Positions 48,000 to 61,092 of a stretch of 64,000 bases of DNA are shown piece by piece. The position numbers and the translations under genes were made by a program. Numbering within the stretch: the stretch's first letter is position 1; each line of letters starts with the position of its first letter. Source of the DNA: Albugo candida (taxonomy: Eukaryota); assembly GCA_040437565.1 (NCBI GenBank), contig JBDOQK010000019.1:62001-126000 (forward strand), read 5' to 3'. Under the pieces are notes generated by a model, which was not told where the DNA came from, ran no database searches, and saw nothing but the letters and a program-made list of their open reading frames with translations.

Positions 48000-48868
48000 A
48001 TGTTTGAATCGCAATCCATCGTGGATTTCAGAAAAGTAGACAGCTCCGCCCGATCACAGATCCAGGAGAAGCTACTGGAAAAATCAAAGAGCAATGATCT
48101 ATATAGTGTGGAGTTGCTAGAGCTCCTCGAAGATTATGTTACCGAGCAAATTACAAACTCGTGGATTGATATTGATGCAAGTTTCACACTGTTGCGGCTT
48201 TATATGATATATAACGATCGCGTGAAGGCAAGCCAGTGCCTCAAAATACTGATCAAATCTTTAATGGTGGCACCACAATCTCATTTTGTCGGAGCAGTGT
48301 CTCTATTACCAGCAAGCATTCGCGAGGTATGCGAGTAATCGACCAGCTTATCATATTCATCATAAACGCGTACATGACGTAGAACAAAGATATCCGAACA
48401 ATTATACAAGCAGGCTATCTCTTAAAAGCGTGTCGCTTCGAGGTGAGCCTCACGTTTTTGAATTTGACGCCAGCCTCTGATAACATCATTTTGTAGGAAT
48501 TTTGGGCTCTTAAGTTGGACTTTGCTGAAGAGATCAAGGGATTTCATGAAGGCGTTCGAGACTATATCAAATCTGTGATTGTGACAAGTCATTCAAGAAT
48601 ACACCTTTCTGTTCTACGGACAATGCTAAACATATCGGAGAAAGAGATGCAAGCGCTTCTTCTTGGTATGCTGTGTGTTATTGTAGTAGTGTATATGTTG
48701 GTGGCTAAATATAAAAATTGTTGTGATGACGTAGCCGAGAAGTGGACGTGCGAAGGCGCCCTTATCCGAATTCCAGGAAATCAGGAGAATCAGATGCGTC
48801 CCAAGCGTTTTCATGAGAAAATTGATCACGAGGATGTATTCAAAGTCATTTATACTATAGTTAAATGA
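48000..48868 (+). CDS. EIF3K: Translation initiation factor eIF3 subunit K (PCI family), multi-exon
   Basis: YSVELLELLEDYVTEQ...DIDASFTLLRLY...KILIKSLMVAPQSHF, then GFHEGVRDYI. Confidence 0.8.
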
Positions 48869-48943
48869 TTCAAAATTGTGCTGGTCTACTATTGAAAACT
48901 TTGCTGTGACTGGGACATTTCGTAACGGGTCCATCGTATACTG

Positions 48944-51819
48944 ATGCGTTCATCCGATGATAGAGTTGAGAATAGAGATCACTTACGCACGATAGCCATT
49001 GAATGTTATCGTGAATTAGTACACTCTTTGAACTGGACTGTCAAAGATGGTGAGCATGTAGAACCAGGGCAAGAAATCGCCACTTTAGGCGTGACAGAGC
49101 GCGGCACATTTAGCAAGATAGTGGCACCGAACCATGGGACTTTACGGTACGATCGTTCCAGTGACACAACGTNNNNNNNNNNNNNNNNNNNNNNNNNNNN
49201 NNNNNNNNNNNNNNNNNNNNNNNNNNNNNNNNNNNNNNNNNNNNNNNNNNNNNNNNNNNNNNNNNNNNNNNNCGATGATAGAGTTGAGAATAGAGATCAC
49301 TTACGCACGATAGCCATTGAATGTTATCGTGAATTAGTACACTCTTTGAACTGGACTGTCAAAGATGGTGAGCATGTAGAACCAGGGCAAGAAATCGCCA
49401 CTTTAGGCGTGACAGAGCGCGGCACATTTAGCAAGATAGTGGCACCGAACCATGGGACTTTACGGTACGATCGTTCCAGTGACACAACGTCGTCTTCTGG
49501 GACATCCAATGTCCCAATCGCGTACATCGAATTTTGCATCCATCCTTTGATGAGCGGAAGAACCTGCATGATGTGCCTGGCAATCGTAAGCGATGAAGAG
49601 CTCGTGACTGGTACACAAGGCTCTGTCAATATCGTGTCACAGGGTCACGTGTTACGCCTGAATTCAGCAGAAGCAAGTACGTTGTACCTGGTACCGTACT
49701 GGTACACAATTAATTGGCAACATGTTCAGAGAAATTTGACTCTCACACAATGGAGTGCCAGTTGAATGCAAAGAAGCTGTCTTTAGTACTGGATTTAGAT
49801 CACACCTTGCTGCATGCTGTCGAGGTAACCAACCTCCTTGTAAAGCCTCCTACAGCATCTGGTACATGTCACATCCAAGTGTCCCACTTGCATTCTCATC
49901 TTCTCGAATGCCACGTAGACGAAATCCATTATTTTCACCTTCCTGGAATGAAGACCATACAATATGTAGTCAAGTTACGACCAGGATTGCACCAATTCCT
50001 CAAAAGCTTGAGCGAGCAATACGATCTGTGCATTTATACGCATGGAACACGTACCTACGCTGAAGCAATTGCCGGAATTATCGATCCAAACGATACATTT
50101 TTCCGTCATCGAATCGTTGCGCGGACAGACACACCCGACATTGATCACAAATCTCTAAAGGTCAGAGATCATACGACGAATATGCCACTTGGATTCTGAC
50201 TTGTACAGAGTTAGCTGTTGTTCCCTTCGTGCGATGATAGTATGATTTTGATTCTAGATGATCGTTTGGATGTATGGAAGGTGAGCGTAGCCGCTGCTTT
50301 GACTACAATGCTGAGGCCTTGCGATCAACAGGAAAATGAAGGAAATGTGATCCTCATCAAACCATTTCACTATTTCAGCTGTCTAGCAGAGGTCAATAAT
50401 ATGCCTGGAGACAGTACTTCATCATCAGCTTTGAGTCCAGATAAAGAGTCAGCATCCGAGCACACAAAAATGGACATCGATTTGGAGTACATTCTCAAAA
50501 TCCTCCAGGTTGTTCGTTCACATTCTCTTCGATTTTGACTAACGCGTCGTTAGCGTATCCATCAAGCCTTCTACCAAGATCCCGAACTAGTGAGAACAGT
50601 GGAGGTTCAAATGAGTGGAAGAGGAAGTAATGTCAAACAGATCCTAGCTCAGGTCTCTTACCACGCCGAAATCGTCTATTCCTAACGCCCATTTCCCAGG
50701 AACAACGTAAAATTCTCCAAGGATGCTCGATCGTTTTTAGCGGCGTATTCCCTGTCGTTGATTCTCGAGGTCCCGAGACACACTCACTTTGGCGCTTGGC
50801 AGCTGATATGGGTGCTGTGCCGAGCTTGGAGATGGATGATTTTCCGCTCACACACTTGGTCATTCATCCGATGCGTTTGGGCACACAAAAGCACGTCAAG
50901 GTTGTTTCATCACATCAAGCCAAATACATTCTGACGCAGTTCTGTATCAGGCACGAGAGACGCCGCATGTTCATATTGTGACGCCAGATTGGCTGGTACG
51001 ATCGGCTAGGATTTGGCATCGGGCTCCGGAAGCGGATTTTCTCGCAGAGAAAATAGTGACGAAATGCTCGACCGAGCCCGGACCTTCAGTAGAACCTGCA
51101 GAACCCGTCGAATCGATTCCTCCGAGCGAGAAAGAGGACGCACTGGGAATCGATAGGGACAAGCCGATTCGAGGCATTCTACGCACTGGAGCCAGTACGC
51201 AGAGTGAAGAAGCAAAAGAGGCTGTTCGATTCGATCCCAATACGAAAGAGCCGAAAAATAGCTCCAAAAAATTCATTGAAAAGTATCAACGAGCTCGAAC
51301 GAGAAAGCAATTCACAAATTCTGCGAATTCGACGCTTGCACCGAAATCGAAAGGAACTGTGGCTAACGGCGAGACATTTGACTTTCTCTCCAAAATTAGC
51401 ACAATGCGCGCTCGAGATCGAAAAGGAATACGAGCTTCTGTGCCAAAGGCTGTACATGCACAACGTCGATCCACTACGCAGCCAAAGGTATCGACTGTAT
51501 GACTTTCCACGACTTTGACTGAATGCTCGTGATAGGATGTCGATGAGACGTTTGCGAAGCTTATTGAAGCCGAAGAATCAGAACAAGCACTTGAAGAAGA
51601 GCGTCAGCAATCGACTCTTGACATCAAAGCCCAGCTAGCAGCTCGTCGAAGAAATGCCAAACGTCACAAACAAGAGCATCACGATCCAATGGTAGAGAGC
51701 AGTGGAAGTGGTTCTGACGTACGTTTTCGGAAAATCAAAGCTGAACGGTCCACTAAGCCTCTTGAAATTCTGCTTAGTTGGACAGTTTGGAGCAGGATAT
51801 CTTTGGCAGTTTCGAATAG
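48944..51819 (+). CDS. FCP1: RNA polymerase II CTD phosphatase FCP1 (lipoyl-like N-terminus, FCPH domain, BRCT), multi-exon
   Basis: LSLVLDLDHTLLHA (DxDxT), VKLRPGL, ILDDRLDVW, BRCT (IVFSGVFP...THLV...VTPDWL). Final exon LDSLEQDIFGSFE*. Confidence 0.93.
48955..49490. repeat. Gap-flanking direct duplication (48955-49172 = 49273-49490), probable assembly artefact
   Basis: Identical copies around a 100-N gap. Confidence 0.9.
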
Positions 51820-52075
51820 ATGCGTCTCAGGCCTCAACTTTGCTACGAAGTAAGAGCAGTCACATGCCGAGTCAAAGCGCTACAACTCCGCTGCTGCCGT
51901 CAGAGTCTCTGACAGCATTCGCTATCACCGAGTCACATGTCTCCACATCTGAGTAGCAATTCGGGTCCAAGAGACTTTGGAGACTCCATTTGAGGCAGAT
52001 ACTTTTGTCATTCAAAATTCATCTACCGTGAGTATTCATCTACATCACTCATTGACGCTTCTTTCCTTCCAAGGG

Positions 52076-53482
52076 CTAGCCTCTTTTATCCAAACGAACT
52101 TCCAGTCGGCGTCCATTGTGTTCAGTGCCATTGAGCTCATCTGATAAGCAATTGTCAGTCATTGATCAGAGTTCGCGATCCATCGTTCCTACCAATTGCA
52201 CACTGAGCGTCGGCGCCCGACTTGAATTTAACAATGCCAAATCCTCGAGAACGGCCATCGGGGAATTCCACCACTTCTGCACGCTCAACGTCACCAGCGG
52301 TCTGGAACATATTTTCCAAATGATGCGAGGTCGTGTCCCACGGCAGCTACAAAGTACAGATTGAGCACATTTTCCCCACGACAAAGCCTCCTGCTTACAT
52401 TTCCAACGTAGACTTGCTTTATTTCACTGGAATGACCATAGCCCGAGTTTCCTTCACGTGGAGCTCGACCTGCAAATCTAGAGTTCCCACGTCCACCTGA
52501 CGAACGTCCACTTCCTCTTCCTCCGCGTCTGGCGATGCTAGTGATACTTCCTCCATCAGGTTCTCTGTCTTCCCGCACGAATATGTTTCGTCCTTCGAGC
52601 TCGGTATCATTCAGCATATCAATCGCATTTTGAGCCTCATCAGGTGAACTGAATTCGACCAAGCCGCATCCTTTCGACCAGCCTCCTGCCTCCTCCAACA
52701 CTACAAATCGAACATTCAGCCATACGAAAATGATCTCTAGCGATTCACAAACCATCAGCGTGTATAACGGTCCCAGCTTGTTTCATATGATCTTTCAAGG
52801 CTTGCCACTTGACCGTCCATGGGAGGTTTCCAACATAAACCCGACAGCCTTTGACTCGCGGTTGACCGCTCACATTCTCCTCACGATCTTCACGGACGAA
52901 AATCTTCCTTCCGTCCAATTCCGTGTCGTTGAGCGTATCAATAGCGTTTTGAGCTTCGGATTCCGTTGCGTATGTCACAATTCCGCATCCCTGGAGCATT
53001 TTTAGCTTGTGATAAAGTGAATTGGAAATGACGCACCTTGGATCGCCCACCGACTTCCATGATGATTGCGTGCTCCACGTCGCCCGCCGAACGCATATGG
53101 TCCTTGAGATCTTGCCATTTTACTTTCCAGGACAGGTTTCCGACGTACACGCGACGTCCAGTGCCGACATCCATATCGGCATCTTCGGATCCATTGGAAT
53201 TGTCTAAGTCAACGATACATTCACGCGACATTTGAATAGTTCTCAATGGAAGGGGTACCGTCTCGATGACTGTTGGATGAAAATGGCGATTGGAGAAATG
53301 TATACAATTAGTATAGTTTACGTATGAAGTAGGAGATATGTATACGTGATGTGTGCGTTTCCTTCGGCGTGTGGAGCATCGTGTCCACCGGGATTGGGAC
53401 GATTTTCTTGATTGCGTCGTCCCTGTTCAATTTCGTCCAGCGACATATCCAATTTCTTGTGTATTTCTCCGTCAACGTCCAT
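52076..53482 (-). CDS. Three-RRM Gbp2/hnRNP M-like RNA-binding protein, multi-exon
   Basis: Three RRMs ([36 protein letters not shown]) and an RGG linker. First exon [18 protein letters not shown] is missed by the ORF track. Confidence 0.88.
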
Positions 53483-53677
53483 GTTGATCCTTACAAAAGC
53501 TCGAGGAATAATTACGAGTCATTCCGGTCCACCAATTTGAAAGACACGGTNNNNNNNNNNNNNNNNNNNNNNNNNNNNNNNNNNNNNNNNNNNNNNNNNN
53601 NNNNNNNNNNNNNNNNNNNNNNNNNNNNNNNNNNNNNNNNNNNNNNNNNNCTCTTATGCAAGGAATTAAATGAAAAA

Positions 53678-55903
53678 CTATAGCGGCGATGTTTCTCGCT
53701 TAAGATACATCAACGCGTCCTTATTCGACGTCAATAAGGGCGTCAGCCTCTCGCGCACATTCTCGTGATACGCGTTCACCCATTGTATCTCATATTCCGT
53801 CAGAACGTTTGTGTCAATGAGATTGCGACTTATAGGAACCATTGTGATCGTTTCCAGCTCGCAAAATGTGTCATTTCCGCTGCGGTGTGGCACGCCGGAG
53901 GCCTAAAAAATAGCTTAGTTACATGTGCATACAATATCTCTTACCATACCTTTTTTACGAGCACAATATTCTCAATGCGAATGCCAAAAGCTCCATCTTC
54001 ATAGTATCCGGGCTCATTGCTGATAATCATACCTTCTTGGATCGGTAGATTGCTCGGATTGGCTTGGATCGACGCAAGCTATCAAAGCCTCTGTTAAAAA
54101 GCTCATAGAGGGATAAGGGAAGCATTACCACTCCTTTCTCATGAACGTTCAAAAAAGCACCGACGCCGTGAGCTGTTCCATGACGATAATCGAGGCCGTG
54201 TCTCCACAGTGGAGCGCGTGCGAGTGCGTCCAATTTGACTCCATCCGTTTTGTTGGGGAAAATAGCCGATGCGAAAGCGATATGAGCTTTTAAGACTAAC
54301 GTGAAACATTTTTTCTCATGTTCTGTTGGAGTTCCAAAATGAAGTGTTCGCGTGACATCTGTGGTCCCTGTGCAGTACTGAGCACCCGAGTCGTTCAAGT
54401 AGAGTCCGTCACGTGTGAGTTTGCTGCAGTTGTGGCGTTTTGGTTTGTAGTGAATGATTGCAGCATTGGCACCCATTGCTGATATTGTGTCAAAGCTGAG
54501 AGAAACGTAATCACTACTTTCTTCTCGAAAAGCTTTTTCCCGATCTGCGACTTGTACTTCATCCAACTCGCTGTTACGATGCATCTCGCACTCAAGCCAT
54601 GCGAAAAATTTGACGAGTGCCGCTCCATCGTGAAGGTGAGCGAGTTTCATTCCTTCAATTTCAGTCGGATTCTTAACGGCTTTTGACGCCAATACCGGGG
54701 AGCGTTTTTCTATGCGCATTTCGGGCGGAATGCATAGGAAAACTGCCACATTGCATTGAACAGGGTCCAAAAGAATACGATTTCCAGGATGTAGCGATAC
54801 ATAGGAGCGTATTTCCTCTGTTATGGAGTCGTACGGCCTTATAACGACGAGACCATCCATTTCTTGCTCGACTTTGCCGTGATTGTCTATATCGGCGTAT
54901 ATTGTTGCCGAATTTTGGTCTACGAGAGCGTACGAAATGCTATACAGAAATGATGAGCATATATGCATTCGGAACCTCCTCACTTACACAAGCGGATTAA
55001 ATTCAATGTCACTTCCTCGCAGATTGAACAGCCAAGCAATATCGTCCAAAGCTGTGAGCATCATCGCCTGCGCTTCATTTTTTTCAAGTTCTCGGCGAAG
55101 CTATAGCCAAATGTAAGGATTCAATCGGCCAACAGCCAAGGTCTCTTACTTCTGCCAGCTTATCCGCTACAGAGCGTCCAGTGTATCGCTGATCCAAAAG
55201 CATCACTTTGGAAGGCGTTCGGGCTGGTTTGTTTTTCCAGACGAGATCGACAAGATTCGCGCAGTTTGCGAAAGCAGCGACCTCAACATTGGAGCCTTCA
55301 AGTTCAGTGAGCATTTTCCTACAGAACAAATGTGATCGATCAAAATCTCAATTCAGACAGTGAAGCTACCTCACGCTTGCGACCGAAGTGAGCGAGGGAT
55401 CAATTGCCAAGCAACCTGTCACATTTTTGCGGATCCATTCCTAAAGAGAATCGATTAGAAACACATCTATCAAAGGTTTTCTATCGAACCGAAACAGTTG
55501 GCACACTGACTTCCTGCGCTTTCATCAGCGTCCATGAATCGCAGAGCTCATGTTCAGCCTGTAGAAAGTATCGTCCATCTGTCCATAGAAGAGCTCTGTC
55601 GAGCGTCACAAGCGCTACATAACAAAGTAAGCTTCCGCCTTCAAAATAGCTTATTTATCGACCTGTTCCAGTGGATCCCGTGAATTTAGTCAGAAACTCA
55701 CGGCGCTTGCTGTCGTTCGCAACGTATTCGCTCTGATGCGCGTCAGCAGACTCAATCAATAACGCCTGTATGAATGCGGTTTTCACAGCGGTTTCGGCTT
55801 TAGGGACGCTGGCTGCTACATCTAATCGACCACGAAGCGCAAGAAGCGCAAATTGCGAGCTCTTTAAGAGTGTTCGGAGATCAGAAAGCGGTGTATTCTG
55901 CAT
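53678..55903 (-). CDS. Xaa-Pro aminopeptidase (aminopeptidase P, M24B; XPNPEP1-like), multi-exon
   Basis: DAHQSEY, DSGAQYCTGTTDVTRT, YRHGTAHGVGAFLNVHE, SNEPGYYEDGAFGIRIEN. Confidence 0.93.
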
Positions 55904-55949
55904 TGGGAATACTCTACAAAATAGTATGTGATTGGTTCCTACTATGTAT

Positions 55950-58746
55950 CTACTGGAGCCAGCATCCAAAATTGGAATGAGAATGTTCGACTCGTAAAAG
56001 CGATTCTTTCGTTATGGGGTGCGGCGTCCATGTTGGCGGACACTCCATCGCCCAATTTGTACTCATTGCTATTTCTTCCGCAACGGAATTGGCAATTTGC
56101 ACGTGGCCGCTCACAGAGTAATGCGTTCTCGACATGTGATCTTTTGGTCCTGTTTTTTCCGAAATCTAAAGCAGTTTTACATGAAAATTGGATCACGATG
56201 AGGTCACAATACATACTTGAACACGCGTATAGTGGATTTTGGAGTCGATACGCATGATTTCCATCAGTGCGACCTTGACAATGTCCTCAAGCTGGAGAGA
56301 TATGTCTTCCCGATGTACGTGCGCACTTTCAAATTCGCTTGTTAGCGTTGTCACGATGCAAAAAATATGAGCTAGTGGACGATCTAGTACAAAATGAGCA
56401 CCATTGTGATTCAGTGAGAAGGGAAGGATGTGTACATCTTCGAATTTCGCGGAGGAATTCCACATAAGCGGTAGCAACATCAGATTCGGAGGATGTCGGA
56501 GGGTAGAGGTCGTTTACGCCGAGATTGATCACTACTGCGTCAGGCATCCAGCTTTCCAGGTCATAACTATTCGATCGAGATGCAATGGTTTTCTTCCATA
56601 ACGTCGGCATTGTGTCTCCCCAATCCGCCGAATTACTATGAACTCCTTTACTGCGCAAACAAAACGCAGTCGGGAAAGTGTTGTATGATGAAATGCGCAT
56701 ACAACGCACCCGCTCCACGCAGTGATATGTGCCTCAGCGTCAAACATTCGAGCGAGAATGCAAGCGTACCCGTTATACACATTTTGGAAAATCGCTTTCG
56801 GTCTAAAGTCTCCAGAACTCGTGACTGTGCACTCGTTACCGAACGCTGTCGTATCTGAGTCACCGATAAACTCAAATTTGCGTTTATAAGTCACGTCACA
56901 TGGAAGGATGCGTGCATTTTGATCAACAATGAAGCCATACAGCGTGCAAACCTTCCCGCAGAATCGTTATTCTCTGGTGAATTCGGATTCCATACGCGAG
57001 TACCTTGAAGGTCGACAACGTGCTTTTTACTTGTGGCTCTGTGCGCTTGGAAATTTGCACGTGATATTTGTATTCCGGGTTGAGTGTGCTGCAAACTTGT
57101 ACGAAAAGGATCATTTTAGAGTGGCGATACTTTACGAAACTTACGCTCAAACACTTTTGGACGTTTGGACGTACGTATGACACCATGAAAGAATCCGTCC
57201 AAAAAAACATTGAAGAAATTTCCTACACGCAAAAATGGTAAATTGAAAGATCTGTGTGCTAGACGCACCAACCTCTTCCTTTGAGACGGACAGCGATCGT
57301 TTTCGTATTTGTGAAATGGAGCGTAAACGATGTGCCTGGCCAGTCGAATTGCGTCGTATTTACTTTGGCGATGCGAGTCGCATTGGGTCCGAAATGTAGA
57401 AAACGACCGGAATACTGAATCTTGTCCGTCTCTGACGCAGTGATGAGCTGATACGTGCCGTCTCTGTACATTCGAATATCAAAATCGAACAATTGACGTT
57501 CCTTCCAATCATTTTCGCCAATCGANNNNNNNNNNNNNNNNNNNNNNNNNNNNNNNNNNNNNNNNNNNNNNNNNNNNNNNNNNNNNNNNNNNNNNNNNNN
57601 NNNNNNNNNNNNNNNNNNNNNNNNNTCGTTTACGCCGAGATTGATCACTACTGCGTCAGGCATCCAGCTTTCCAGGTCATAACTATTCGATCGAGATGCA
57701 ATGGTTTTCTTCCATAACGTCGGCATTGTGTCTCCCCAATCCGCCGAATTACTATGAACTCCTTTACTGCGCAAACAAAACGCAGTCGGGAAAGTGTTGT
57801 ATGATGAAATGCGCATACAACGCACCCGCTCCACGCAGTGATATGTGCCTCAGCGTCAAACATTCGAGCGAGAATGCAAGCGTACCCGTTATACACATTT
57901 TGGAAAATCGCTTTCGGTCTAAAGTCTCCAGAACTCGTGACTGTGCACTCGTTACCGAACGCTGTCGTATCTGAGTCACCGATAAACTCAAATTTGCGTT
58001 TATAAGTCACGTCACATGGAAGGATGCGTGCATTTTGATCAACAATGAAGCCATACAGCGTGCAAACCTTCCCGCAGAATCGTTATTCTCTGGTGAATTC
58101 GGATTCCATACGCGAGTACCTTGAAGGTCGACAACGTGCTTTTTACTTGTGGCTCTGTGCGCTTGGAAATTTGCACGTGATATTTGTATTCCGGGTTGAG
58201 TGTGCTGCAAACTTGTACGAAAAGGATCATTTTAGAGTGGCGATACTTTACGAAACTTACGCTCAAACACTTTTGGACGTTTGGACGTACGTATGACACC
58301 ATGAAAGAATCCGTCCAAAAAAACATTGAAGAAATTTCCTACACGCAAAAATGGTAAATTGAAAGATCTGTGTGCTAGACGCACCAACCTCTTCCTTTGA
58401 GACGGACAGCGATCGTTTTCGTATTTGTGAAATGGAGCGTAAACGATGTGCCTGGCCAGTCGAATTGCGTCGTATTTACTTTGGCGATGCGAGTCGCATT
58501 GGGTCCGAAATGTAGAAAACGACCGGAATACTGAATCTTGTCCGTCTCTGACGCAGTGATGAGCTGATACGTGCCGTCTCTGTACATTCGAATATCAAAA
58601 TCGAACAATTGACGTTCCTTCCAATCATTTTCGCCAATCGACTCGCTCGATGAATGCTGTTCGGATGCGATACACTCACGAGATTGCATGAAGCTGTCAA
58701 TATCTATTTTTTCTGTCCAGCCATCGCATCTCTGACTACCATTCAT
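55950..58746 (-). CDS. SGNH hydrolase, carbohydrate esterase family 2-like, multi-exon, internally duplicated by an assembly artefact
   Basis: IQYSGRF...FDWPG (CE2 N-terminal domain), FEFIGDSDT, AWSG, VINLGVND and final THYSVSGH. The start is uncertain. Confidence 0.8.
56510..58641. repeat. Gap-flanking direct duplication (56510-57525 = 57626-58641), probable assembly artefact
   Basis: Identical copies around a 100-N gap. Confidence 0.9.
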
Positions 58747-58947
58747 CCACTTCCGATTGATCAAAAAGCTTGTAGTCAGAACATTATTCAGATAAGAGAT
58801 GCAGTGTATGTTTGACTTGATACACTCTCGTATAGAATAGCCTTCACCAGTTTATTCGAGTTTCTGATGGTGTCAGCTCTGAAACCGATTTCAATGCCAT
58901 CACCTTCAGGCAATGTATTGCGATGTATATTCGCTCCCTGCAATCGA

Positions 58948-60149
58948 ATGAACAAGATTCTGATACTGCTTGCAATCCTCTTCACACCCATTATTTATTA
59001 CACCGTACTCTGCAATCACAAGCCGAGAAATGCGCTTCCGTTGGACCATACCATTCGGCCAATCGACACAATTTCATCGGCCGATCTACATCGAAATGAT
59101 GCGAAATTGGACTTGAATCAAATGGAAGACGACATTAGCGATAAAAAACCATTGCGTAAGCAATCCGAGAAAGCGTCAAAGCCTGAAATCGACCGAGAAA
59201 AGCGCTTCAAACTAATTCCTAATCTCGACCCAAACGACTCTAGGGTAAATGGACTCGCTGGAGGCATTTCTTTGATGTTAGAGACGGTAGCTCCATACCT
59301 TTTCGGCTACATTTTTGGATTTTTAGGCTCCATACCGATCGCTGGGCCAACTTCGGCAATGGTGTTTCGACTTGGAATACAAGGAAAGTATCGTTCTGGG
59401 CTCGCTATTGCATCCGGAGGCGCAATTGCCGAAGCTGTGAGTGATATTGCAGGTCGTTTATAATCACTAATGGTTTGTGTGAAGGTATATGCAGGCATCG
59501 CATTTTGGGGATTTGGAAGTTTTCTCGATGGTGCATCATTTCTACTGCCGATATCAAAGTAAGTAGCCTATGCATTCAAATGAAACTAACAAAAGCACGA
59601 CAGAGTTTTTGGGGCTTTCGCGTTCTCAGGAATGGGAATTTACTTTATACGATTGGATTTCAAGCCTCCTAACGAACCAGAATTGCGAGATTCGCAACAT
59701 AAAAAGTTGCAAAGAGCGCGAGATGAAGTTCTAAAAAGTGTTTTAATGGGATTCACTATCTCGGGTATCAATCCAGCGCTACTAGCGACTTACACAGCCG
59801 CAATAGCATCAAGTCGGTGCTAATTTCTCGAATCGTGATCGTCTTATTCTTTTGTGATTGTAGTTTACAGCACCGGGATGCTGACATTCAATTTTCGTTT
59901 GGCGGTAGTGTTTTCGGTAGGTGTCTCATGCGGGATATTCTCTTGGTTTTACGTTCTATTGGCGCTTTTAAAGAAATACAAAAAGGTAGGATCAACTCCG
60001 AGGATGCAGCACACTCAATCTTTCGCTCTGAATAGCGTCTGAAAAATAAAACAATTGGAATCTTCATGCGGGGTATGGGATACTTTTTGCTAGTAATGGG
60101 CTTCTTGTGTGCGAAATCGGCGATTGAGTATTTTATTGTGGGTTTTTAA
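58948..60149 (+). CDS. LysE/RhtB-type translocator membrane protein with an N-terminal signal-anchor extension, multi-exon
   Basis: GFLGSIPIAGPTSAMVFRLG...GLAIASGGAIAE, GFTISGINP, GVSCGIFSWF; several hydrophobic segments. Confidence 0.75.
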
Positions 60150-60191
60150 ACAAAAGATTTGAATTTACGCGTACAATAGTTCTCACATATT

Positions 60192-61092
60192 TCACGTACA
60201 AGTCGGTTTGACTGGTTCCTTGACGCCATACGCTCGCCATAGCGCACTCAATCGTTTATCTGACAGCATTGATGAAGGATCCTTGTGCTCAGCAAGCTTT
60301 GCATATTGCTCCACGCGATCCAAAAGCAACTCGATCTCAGCGAGCTGCTGATTACTGAGAAAGCAGAGTATCAGTTGGAAGCGCTGAACCGTGCTAAAGG
60401 CTTGTAGAACGGATAGAATGAAACATGCTTCCTCGTATCCGTTCTGCTTTAAACTTTCCCAAAATTGACGCATCACTTGCACAATGGACACCATCAAATC
60501 TGCATCGATATCTGCTCGAAATAGACGCGCAATGCCGCTGGCTGTTGTCAGCTGAAGATACCTAAGAAAAGCATAAGAAAACTCCTTAGCAATTGACTCG
60601 TACTTGAAACCTCCATTTCTGATCCAGAGAAATTACATATCGCTTCCACGTCGCAGTGAACTCTGCCGATGTTTTTGGAGGTCGGAGGTCTGATTTCACA
60701 GGTATCCCCCTGGGCGTTTCCTTGTTTGTTGGCTGTGCTAATTTTCGATATGACAAGTTTGTAGATAACGAGCGCGGTTTGAAGACTTCTTTCAGCTCTT
60801 TGGAAGTTATCGGCTTCATATTTGCACACGCGACACGATTCTAATATTGACGAGAGCATGAGTATTTACTCCATCAGAACCATTCAATACCGACCTTGAA
60901 CTCGTCATAATTCGCTGACGTGTGAATTGCTCGCTTCTTCACCTCATCTGTACGCTTATATACTCGATCGAATTCAATTGCTTCAGCTAATTCCTTCTCC
61001 AAAGCTCTCACATTCAAAACTCCGTCCTCGGACAACAACGGCTTCTGCACCATCGACTCGTGACCTTTCAAGATCGCACTTTGGCTTGCCAT
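60192..61092 (-). CDS. CCDC103: CCDC103 axonemal dynein attachment factor, multi-exon (5' part repeated at 61343-61497 by the artefact)
   Basis: LEKELAEAIEFDRVYKRTDEVKKRAI...YDEFK|NRVACANMKPI (Dynein_attach_N) and PPKTSAEFTATWKR (RPAP3_C-like). Confidence 0.88.

Noticed and set aside
27920-51819. Functional cluster of Pol II CTD factors (WDR82, FCP1, plus TAF6 upstream)
   Set aside because: They are separated by many unrelated genes, consistent with chance in a compact genome.
51899-51913. Inverted repeat gtcagag-t-ctctgac between the convergent FCP1 and Gbp2-like genes
   Set aside because: A 7-bp stem is expected by chance in 64 kb, and no ncRNA or SECIS features were recognised.
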